DNA of 64,000 nucleotides from assembly GCA_963747695.1 (NCBI GenBank), contig CAVVFV010000003.1, positions 81,296 to 145,295 of the forward strand, read 5' to 3'. How positions within the stretch are numbered: the first letter of the stretch is position 1; each line of letters starts with the position of its first letter. The position numbers and the translations under genes were made by a program. The notes under the pieces are model-generated. The model did no database searches. It saw only the letters and a list, made by a program, of their open reading frames with translations, and was not told where the DNA came from. Source of the DNA: Candidatus Falkowbacteria bacterium (GTDB taxonomy: Bacteria; Patescibacteriota; Patescibacteriia; Patescibacteriales; WJLG01). Below, in pieces: positions 34,824 through 41,450 of this stretch.

Positions 34824-36146
34824 TCACGAAGCTTTAATTTTGATTACCTGGCCAATCAGGCTTGACCCGCCATTACGCGCCGAGATGACTTGCTCCGGAT
34901 CAAAATAAACATCAAAATAATATTCAGTCTTTCCTTTCATTTTTTTTCCCTTTAATTTACCGGTGCGCGATGAGCGATTGTGTTCAACCACGACTTCTAA
35001 AATTTTTCCTCGAAATTTTTTGGCATATGCCGCGGTCAGCTCATCGCTCAATTTTCTTAGAATTTCCGATCGGCTTTTAATTTCCGGCGGATCAACTCGG
35101 CCGGGCAATTTGGCCGCGGCGGTCAGAGCATGGGGAGAAAAAGAAAAAACATGCAGCCGGCTGAATTTGATTCTCTTGATGAAATTTTCCGTTTGCTTAA
35201 AATCTTGTTTAGACTCTCCGGGGAAACCGACGATCACATCGGTGCTGATGGCGATGTCCGGCATTTTTAAGCGTAGTTTTTTTATTTTCGCGGCGAAATA
35301 TTTCAAATCATATGGCCGTTTCATTAAGCGCAAAATCTTATCGCAACCGGATTGCAGCGGAATATGCAAATGCCGGCACAGCTTCTTTTCGCCCGCCATC
35401 AAACTGATCAATTCATCGCTGACTTCAGTAATCTCAATAGAACTCAAGCGAAGGCGTGCCAAATCTTTTATTTTTACCAATTGCCGCAATAATTTCTCCA
35501 ACGTCGCTCCCCTCTCCCGATCTTTTTTATTCACGTTATTAATGCCAAAAAGTCCCAGATGAATTCCGCACAAAATTATTTCGCGATAACCTTTTTTAAC
35601 CGCGGCCTCGGCTTCGGCGATTATTTCTCCCGTCGAGCGGCTCTGCAATTTTCCCCTGGTGAAAGGGATGACGCAATAAGAACAAAATTGCTCGCAGCCG
35701 TCCTGTACTTTTAAAAAATACCTTGATCGGTTTTGATTATCGTTCGAGATGCTAAAACCATCTTCGCCTGCTAGCCGCGTTTCGTATTTCGTATTTGGTA
35801 TTTCGTACTTGGTATATTTTTTTATTTCATTTATCAACCCATCAAAATTTTTACTCTCCCAAATCAAATCTACGCCTAATTCTTTTTGGTTAATTTTTTT
35901 ATCGTCTGCTCGCGGCCAGCAGCCGGTGAGAATTATTTTAGCGCCGGGATTCTCCGCCCTGGCTTTATTGATCATCCACTTATTCTTGCTGATGGCGCCG
36001 GCGGTCACGGCACAAGTATTGATGATGGCCAGGTTCGCTCCATTTTTCGCTAAAATAAAACCGGCGGATTTTAGCAATCCGCCTAACTCGCCGCCGTCAT
36101 ATTGATTGACCTTGCAGCCTAAACTGTAAATCTTAAAACTGCGCAT
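34824..36146 (-). CDS. mtaB: tRNA methylthiotransferase, MtaB-like (radical SAM)
   Basis: KIYSLGCKVNQYD at the N-terminus, radical SAM motif GCEQFCSYCVIPFTRG, and a TRAM-like C-terminus. Confidence 0.8.
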   Translation of the reverse strand: MRSFKIYSLGCKVNQYDGGELGGLLKSAGFILAKNGANLAIINTCAVTAGAISKNKWMINKARAENPGAKIILTGCWPRADDKKINQKELGVDLIWESKNFDGLINEIKKYTKYEIPNTKYETRLAGEDGFSISNDNQNRSRYFLKVQDGCEQFCSYCVIPFTRGKLQSRSTGEIIAEAEAAVKKGYREIILCGIHLGLFGINNVNKKDRERGATLEKLLRQLVKIKDLARLRLSSIEITEVSDELISLMAGEKKLCRHLHIPLQSGCDKILRLMKRPYDLKYFAAKIKKLRLKMPDIAISTDVIVGFPGESKQDFKQTENFIKRIKFSRLHVFSFSPHALTAAAKLPGRVDPPEIKSRSEILRKLSDELTAAYAKKFRGKILEVVVEHNRSSRTGKLKGKKMKGKTEYYFDVYFDPEQVISARNGGSSLIGQVIKIKAS

Positions 36147-36148
36147 GA

Positions 36149-36220
36149 GCCGGCGAAGGGACTTGAACCCCCGACCTCCGCTTTACAAAAGCATTGCTCT
36201 ACCACTGAGCTACGCCGGCC
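36149..36220 (-). tRNA. tRNA-Thr(TGT)
   Basis: The reverse complement folds as GCCGGCG-TA-GCTC-AGTGGTA-GAGC-A-ATGCT-TTTGTAA-AGCGG-AGGTC-GGGGG-TTCAAGT-CCCTT-CGCCGGC-T. It ends 2 nt before the mtaB start codon. Confidence 0.88.
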
Positions 36221-36311
36221 TCGTACAACCATATTATCCTATATTTATCTTTTTTTCAATGAAAAAGCCGCTCGTATTTACCAAGCGGCTTTGCTGCGAC
36301 AAATCCTTTCG

Positions 36312-37547
36312 TCAATAATTACCGCACAACCCGGCCCGACTCTGTTGTCTGGCTAAACCAGCGGCGATATTGAGATATCCTTGAGAGTCACGGTGATCGA
36401 AATTACCGATCTTTTCCATCGACGCCCGGTCAGCGCTATAAAGCGATGTCGGTGAAGCCACGCGCAGCAATCTCATGTTCCCTTTATAAAGCTCAAAGGA
36501 AACCGAACCGCTGATATCTTTGGCCACGCTGGTGATATAACCGACGAGCTCTTTGCAATACGGAGCGAAGAATTCGCCGCGGTAGATCGCTTCGCCGAAT
36601 TCCGCCGATATCCGATCGAAAACTCGCCGGCGGTCGCGATCCAAAACCAGCTCTATCAATTTTGCGTAGGTCCGGCAGAGAATTGACAGTCCGGGCGATT
36701 CGTAAACTCCTCGCGACTTGATCCCGACCCGGCGATTTTCCACCACGTCGATGCCGATCCCGATACCATGCTGGCCGCCAATCGAATTCAGGGCCAAGAA
36801 AATGTCGAGTGGCTCGCGATGGTTAAGATAATGGACCGGACGACCCTCTTCAAAACCAATCGTGATCTCCGTCCCCTTGTCGGGTGCCGCCTGGGGAGAA
36901 TTTCCCATTAGAAACCGGACAAAATCGGTCGGCGTATTCAAATCCTCCAGCTTGTCCGCTTCATGGGTCAAGCCCAACAGGTTGGAGTCAGTCGAATACA
37001 GTTTTTCCAGAGTCGCCAAAACTTTCAGCCCTTTGGCCTGACAGTAGGCGATCATTTCTTTCCGTCCGCCAAAGTCCTTGAGAAATGCCTGATCCCGCCA
37101 CGGAGCATAAATTTGGAGTTCCGGAGCCAAGTGATAGACGCCAATTTCGAAACGGACTTGGTCGTTGCCTCTTCCGGTCGCGCCATGAGTGACAATTTCT
37201 ATTCCGCGTTGTTTGATTTCAGGAAGCGCCGCCTTGATCAAAGCCATGCGGGCGATGCCGGTCGTATTGAGATAACCGCCCTCATACGCGCCTTGGCCTT
37301 GAACAACCAGCAGACCGTATTCGGCCAGCAGCTTCTTCGCATCGACGAGGATCGCTTCCTCGGCGCCCGCCGCTATCATCCGGCGAACCACATCGCTCAT
37401 GTCGGTTTCTTCGGGTTGGCCCAAATCGCCGATCAAAGTCGTGACTTTCGCGCCGCGTTCTTTCAGCCAGCTGACCATCGTCGTGCTGTCCAAGCCGCCG
37501 GACACAAACGAGGCAACTCTTACGCCGTTCAAATCATAAACATTCAT
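36312..37547 (-). CDS. argG: Argininosuccinate synthase
   Basis: PP-loop SFVSGGLDSTT and HGATGRGNDQVRFE. The start is set at MNVYDL. Confidence 0.9.
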   Translation of the reverse strand: MNVYDLNGVRVASFVSGGLDSTTMVSWLKERGAKVTTLIGDLGQPEETDMSDVVRRMIAAGAEEAILVDAKKLLAEYGLLVVQGQGAYEGGYLNTTGIARMALIKAALPEIKQRGIEIVTHGATGRGNDQVRFEIGVYHLAPELQIYAPWRDQAFLKDFGGRKEMIAYCQAKGLKVLATLEKLYSTDSNLLGLTHEADKLEDLNTPTDFVRFLMGNSPQAAPDKGTEITIGFEEGRPVHYLNHREPLDIFLALNSIGGQHGIGIGIDVVENRRVGIKSRGVYESPGLSILCRTYAKLIELVLDRDRRRVFDRISAEFGEAIYRGEFFAPYCKELVGYITSVAKDISGSVSFELYKGNMRLLRVASPTSLYSADRASMEKIGNFDHRDSQGYLNIAAGLARQQSRAGLCGNY

Positions 37548-37663
37548 ACGATTCCTCCGCTTCCATTGGATTGGGTTTATTATTAAAAAATGTGCTTTCC
37601 ACACCAAACATTAACCAGATAAATTATCATAATTAGCACTATTTTGTCAAATGATTTTCTTTC

Positions 37664-38003
37664 GCCATGGGCGGCCGACGCTCGTCCCGCCGCGGCGGGA
37701 TCGTTCCCTCGCGAACTTTGTCTTGCTTCCAACCAGCACACACCTCGGTCACTCGCCGCCGGAATGCGGCTCGCTCCCTTGTCCAGGGTCAGCACCAACG
37801 TGCCCCGGCACGTTGGCGATCGCTCAGCTGTTCGCCGCTCGTTCCCTCGCGGCTCTCGCTTCGCTCCTGACCAGCGCACAAAAATTTGAAGCTTCGCTTT
37901 GTAAGGGGCCTCCGCCCCTTCCAATACCATCCCCCGAAAACAGTGGGAAACTTACGTTTCCCAAACCCTTCCTAGTTCAAATCTTGTTGGGACCCGCGCA
38001 CCA
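37664..38003 (+). repeat. Composite GC-rich structured module (copy E2, the longest), ending in an inverted copy of the tRNA-Lys 3' end
   Basis: The region is open in several frames on both strands and clearly GC-richer than its flanks. Hairpins sit at 37755-37770, 37795-37816, 37903-37920 and 37945-37962. 37975-38003 equals the tRNA-Lys T-loop-to-CCA sequence with a 5-nt insertion. Confidence 0.7.
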
Positions 38004-38038
38004 ATAAAAAATACCGCTTTTGCGGTATTTTTTATTGG
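38001..38038. terminator. Perfect 17-bp palindromic terminator shared by tRNA-Lys and module E2
   Basis: CCAATAAAAAATACCGC-TTTT-GCGGTATTTTTTATTGG. Confidence 0.75.
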
Positions 38039-38111
38039 TGCGCCCAACAAGATTTGAACTTGTGACCTTCTCCTTAAAAGGGAGCTGCTCTACCAGCTGA
38101 GCTATGGGCGC
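38036..38111 (-). tRNA. tRNA-Lys(TTT) with encoded CCA
   Basis: The reverse complement folds as GCGCCCA-TA-GCTC-AGCTGGTA-GAGC-A-GCTCC-CTTTTAA-GGAGA-AGGTC-ACAAG-TTCAAAT-CTTGT-TGGGCGC-A-CCA. Confidence 0.9.
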
Positions 38112-38149
38112 GAACTTATTGATCAGATTTTACTTTTCTTATATTTTCA

Positions 38150-38226
38150 AGCGACACTACTCTACCCGCCTCGCTGAAGGCGGACCAGCTGCTTACCCCG
38201 CCCTTTTGGCGGGGAGCTATGGGCGC
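38150..38226 (-). pseudogene. Decayed copy of the tRNA-Lys 5' part, interrupted by two GC hairpins
   Basis: GAGCTATGGGCGC at 38214-38226 is identical to 38099-38111. The minus strand reads GCGCCCATAGCTC-[CCCCGCC..GGCGGGG]-..AGCTGGT-[CCGCC..GGCGG]-GTAGAG. No anticodon arm or T arm follows. Confidence 0.6.
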
Positions 38227-38299
38227 TCGACGATTTTAGATTGGCGATTTTCGATTTACGATTAAGTTTACTTGTTATTAATAATAACAAAAAAGGCGG

Positions 38300-38686
38300 A
38301 AAATAAAAACGCCTGCACCAGGCACGTTTTATTTAAGAAAATCATAACAAATAACCGGCAACTTGACAAGTGGGCGGGTAAAATTAAAGCCCGCGCGCAA
38401 TTACGCAATAAATGAAAAGGAACCCGGTAGAGTAAGGGTTCCTTGACGTAGAGATGATGAATTGGCAAAAGAGCGATTGTGATGAAGGTGCGAATTTTGA
38501 AAAAAACGAGCGAGGAAAAAGCGGCTCATCAGACACTTTAAAGAATGGAACAGAAAAATACGAACAATAACTGAAACGGAAACGGATCAGCGCAATACAA
38601 GGAACTGAACTGATCCAGCCTTAATACTCGAACTACCGCTCAACCCCTCGCTCGTTCAAAAAAGGTGCGCCGGATGAAGTGTCTAT
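38300..38686 (-). ncRNA. Candidate structured non-coding RNA or long tRNA-Lys leader, family unknown
   Basis: A promoter lies at 38687-38715. A long-range helix pairs GAACGAGCGAGG (38645-38656) with CCTCGCTCGTT (38506-38516), followed by a U-run. Further hairpins sit at 38419-38442 and 38598-38626. A terminal terminator lies at 38309-38335. There is no credible ORF. Confidence 0.45.
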
Positions 38687-38715
38687 ATTATACCTCGGTC
38701 GACCGATTAGTTCAA
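38687..38715 (-). promoter_or_regulatory. Near-consensus promoter (TTGAAC-17 nt-TATAAT) overlapping the msrA stop codon
   Basis: The minus strand reads cTTGAACtaatcggtcgaccgaggTATAATatagac. Confidence 0.6.
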
Positions 38716-39284
38716 GAAGATCGGGTTTCCGGTTTAACATCGTCCGCAAAATGCTCCTTCAATTTGGCTATTTTAGGCGCGATTACGGCTTCAGAATAGG
38801 AATCGTCCGGATGGCGATCATAATAATTCAGGTGATAGTTTTCCGCCGGATAAAAGTTAGTGAATGGTTCGATGGTTGTAACGACCGGCGTTTGATATTT
38901 GCCGCTCGCGGCCAATTCGTCGCGCGATTTTTCCGCCGCGACTTTCTGTTCGTCATTATGATAAAAAATAACCGAGCGATACTGCGTGCCGACATCGTTC
39001 CCCTGCCTGTTCAAAGTCGTCGGATCAATTGAAGCCCAAAATATTTTTAAAAGTTTTTCATAAGGAGTAATGGCCGGATCAAAAGTTATCTGGGTCGATT
39101 CGGCATGGCCGGTCTTACCTGAACTGACTTCCTCATAAGAAGGATCGGCAATCCGTCCGCCGGCATAGCCCGGCATTACTGTCAGCACTCCTTTTAATCT
39201 TTTAAATAGCGCTTCGGTGCACCAAAAACATCCTCCGGCAAAAGTTGCAATTTGTAAATTATTTTGGGACATAAATTTTACCAA
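38712..39284 (-). CDS. msrA: Peptide methionine sulfoxide reductase A
   Basis: ATFAGGCFWCTEALF active-site motif. 190 aa. Confidence 0.92.
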   Translation of the reverse strand: MVKFMSQNNLQIATFAGGCFWCTEALFKRLKGVLTVMPGYAGGRIADPSYEEVSSGKTGHAESTQITFDPAITPYEKLLKIFWASIDPTTLNRQGNDVGTQYRSVIFYHNDEQKVAAEKSRDELAASGKYQTPVVTTIEPFTNFYPAENYHLNYYDRHPDDSYSEAVIAPKIAKLKEHFADDVKPETRSS

Positions 39285-39359
39285 TTAATATTTAATTATT
39301 ATAATTGACTAAAATTATCGAGCAAGGTATCTTGAAATTGGATTAGTTAATCGAAATGT

Positions 39360-40067
39360 ATGAAATTTTCTATTGTTATTCCGGTTTTCAATGAGGCGGA
39401 AAATATTACCGCGGCGATGAACGCGCTCTTGATCCAAACAGTCGGGAGAAATAATTTCGAGATCATCGTCGTCGACAATAATTCCACCGATGCTAGCTTT
39501 GTCATCGCCGAACGTTCCGGCGCCGATCTGGTGATCAAGGAGACCAGACAGGGCACGAACATGGCGAGACAGGCCGGCCTGGCCGTAGCTAAAGGCGAAA
39601 TCATCGCCTTTTTGGATATGGATTGCGTGCCGCCGCCCGGCTGGTTGGCCAAAATGGAAAGCGATCTGGCTGATCCAAGCATTGCGGCGGTTTCCGGCCC
39701 GTTCGATTATGAATTTACCGGAGTGAAAAAATATCTGGAAATAATTTACACTAACTTTATGCTGCCCAACATCTCGGCGGTCCTGAAATTATTATTCGGA
39801 AAAAAATCCGGCGTGCTCATCGGCGGAAACTTTGCCGCCCGCCGCAGCACTTTTACCGCCATCGGCGGCCTGCCCGATCTTGATTTTTGGGGAGACGATG
39901 CGGCTATTGCCATGCTGATTTCGCGCCGGGTCGGCCCGGTCCGCTTTGATCCCAAGTTGCGCGTTAAAAGTTCGCCGCGGCGCTTTGCCCGAGTCGGATT
40001 CTTAAAGTTGGTCGTGCAGTACGAAGTGGAATATTTTAAAACTTTTTTTTCTAAAAAGTATGATTAG
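39360..40067 (+). CDS. Family 2 glycosyltransferase
   Basis: KFSIVIPVFNEAENI, VVDNNSTD and FLDMDC motifs. Confidence 0.85.
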   Translation: MKFSIVIPVFNEAENITAAMNALLIQTVGRNNFEIIVVDNNSTDASFVIAERSGADLVIKETRQGTNMARQAGLAVAKGEIIAFLDMDCVPPPGWLAKMESDLADPSIAAVSGPFDYEFTGVKKYLEIIYTNFMLPNISAVLKLLFGKKSGVLIGGNFAARRSTFTAIGGLPDLDFWGDDAAIAMLISRRVGPVRFDPKLRVKSSPRRFARVGFLKLVVQYEVEYFKTFFSKKYD

Positions 40068-40074
40068 TGATTTT

Positions 40075-40680
40075 TCATTCCTTCTCGATCTTATTAGCTA
40101 GTCCGGCCGTCAATCTCTGATATATTATATAGATGAGAAAAATCAATAAGACCAGAATCCAGATAAAATACTGGCTATCGGCCAATAACCCGCTCAAGGC
40201 CCGATAGGCGCGACCGGAAAAATAGCCGATGGCCAATAAGACAAGTACTTTGGGAACGCCGATCGACAACGACGCTCTGATGAACTTTCTGATCGAGATG
40301 CGCGATGAGCCGATCGTCAGCAGGCCGGGAATGGGCAGCAAGGGAGAAAGCTTAACTAAAAGCATCGCCTTGCCCAGATGATTTTGCAAAAGATTTTCCA
40401 GCTTGGCGAAACGCCGATCGTTCAAGCCGAATTTATGGCCATGGCTTTTGATCCAGGTATTGCGGCTGGCATAACCGATAGTATAATAGATGAGATCGTT
40501 GGCTAAATCCGCACTCAACGCCAAAACTAAAATGAGCAAAGGATTGAAATATCCCAAAGCCACCGCAACTCCGCCGGCGATCGCCACTGAAACTCCTTCG
40601 ACAAAAACGGCCGCAAAGAAAAGCAGGTAGCCGTGCGAAATCACCCAATGCACCAATAAAATAAAAAAATGGCTATGCAT
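40075..40680 (-). CDS. DedA/VTT-like membrane protein
   Basis: 201 aa, multi-TM. The VFVEG... and LVKLSPLLPIPGLLTIGSSRISIRKF blocks resemble DedA. Confidence 0.55.
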   Translation of the reverse strand: MHSHFFILLVHWVISHGYLLFFAAVFVEGVSVAIAGGVAVALGYFNPLLILVLALSADLANDLIYYTIGYASRNTWIKSHGHKFGLNDRRFAKLENLLQNHLGKAMLLVKLSPLLPIPGLLTIGSSRISIRKFIRASLSIGVPKVLVLLAIGYFSGRAYRALSGLLADSQYFIWILVLLIFLIYIIYQRLTAGLANKIEKE

Positions 40681-40739
40681 AACTTTATCTATTGATACTG
40701 CGTAATAACTAAAACTTTTTAATTTTTTAAATGTGATTT

Positions 40740-41450
40740 ATGAAGCTTTCCGTGGTCATCCCGGCCTACAATGAAGCAAGTACCATCGCCAGCGCGATTA
40801 AAGCTCTTCTGGCTCAAACGACGGCGAAAAATGATTTTGAAATCATCGTCGTCGACAATAACTCCGCCGATGATACCGCCGCAATCGCCACGGCGGCCGG
40901 CGCCGATTTGGTGATTGCCGAAAAAAAACAAGGTTCAAATATGGCCCGTCAGGCCGGATTAAATAAAGCTCGGGGTGAAATTATCGCCTTTCTGGATTCC
41001 GACTCGATTCCGCCGCCGAATTGGCTGGAATCAATCGCCAATGACCTTGGCACGAAAGACTGCGCTGCAGTTTCCGGCCCCTATGATTACGGTTTCACCG
41101 GCTGGCAAAAATTTTTAGATTTGCTTTATACCAGATTCGTCATGTCCAGGATTCCGCCTTGTTTGAAATTATTCTTCGGGAAAAATACCGGGATGATTAT
41201 CGGCGGAAATTTCGCCGCCCGGCGCACGGTCCTGGCGGCCATCGGCGGCCTGCCCGCTCTTGATTATTGGCAGGGCGATGACGCCGCCATCGCGACGCTA
41301 ATCGCTCGGAAGGCCGGACCGATCCTCTTTGACACTAAACTTATCGTTAAAACTTCTCCCCGCCGCTTTGAAAAAACCGGCTTCTTACGCCAGAACCTCA
41401 AATACATGGCGGTCTATTTAAAAATATATTTTGACCGAGAATACTCTTAA
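40740..41450 (+). CDS. Family 2 glycosyltransferase, paralog of 39360-40067
   Basis: KLSVVIPAYNEASTI, VVDNNSADD and FLDSDS. It is collinear with the first copy over its whole length. Confidence 0.85.
   Translation: MKLSVVIPAYNEASTIASAIKALLAQTTAKNDFEIIVVDNNSADDTAAIATAAGADLVIAEKKQGSNMARQAGLNKARGEIIAFLDSDSIPPPNWLESIANDLGTKDCAAVSGPYDYGFTGWQKFLDLLYTRFVMSRIPPCLKLFFGKNTGMIIGGNFAARRTVLAAIGGLPALDYWQGDDAAIATLIARKAGPILFDTKLIVKTSPRRFEKTGFLRQNLKYMAVYLKIYFDREYS

Noticed and set aside
37664-38003. The GC-rich module might be tmRNA, RNase P RNA, SRP RNA or 6S RNA, because of its T-loop-like and CCA-like 3' end.
   Set aside because: - There is no GGGG...UUCGAC 5' end and no G3:U70-compatible acceptor, so it does not fit tmRNA.
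- There is no GAGGAAAGUCC / ACAGAA pair in the right arrangement, so it does not fit RNase P.
- There is no GGAA-tetraloop SRP domain IV motif.
- The CCA end is simply the inverted copy of the neighbouring tRNA-Lys.
This rests on memory of consensus motifs only; an Rfam scan is still needed.
37583-38007. Four overlapping ORFs of 67-118 aa on both strands, between argG and tRNA-Lys.
   Set aside because: Being open in several frames at once is typical of GC-rich non-coding sequence. The translations are Pro/Arg/Ser/Ala-rich with no motif, and the region is better explained by conserved hairpins shared with the other tRNA-linked modules.
38268-38468. A 66-aa minus-strand ORF inside the msrA-tRNA-Lys spacer.
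   Set aside because: The read is hydrophobic and low-complexity, has no ribosome-binding site, and spans hairpins and a terminator. It is more likely non-coding.
38480-38660. On the plus strand, GAGGAAAAAGCGGCTC and ACAGAAAAA superficially resemble the RNase P conserved regions CR-I and CR-V.
   Set aside because: - The surrounding sequence is too short and AU-rich.
- There is no P3 hairpin between the putative P2 and P4 strands.
- No GGUAA / AGGGUGAAA specificity-domain motifs are present.
- The promoter and terminators are on the minus strand.
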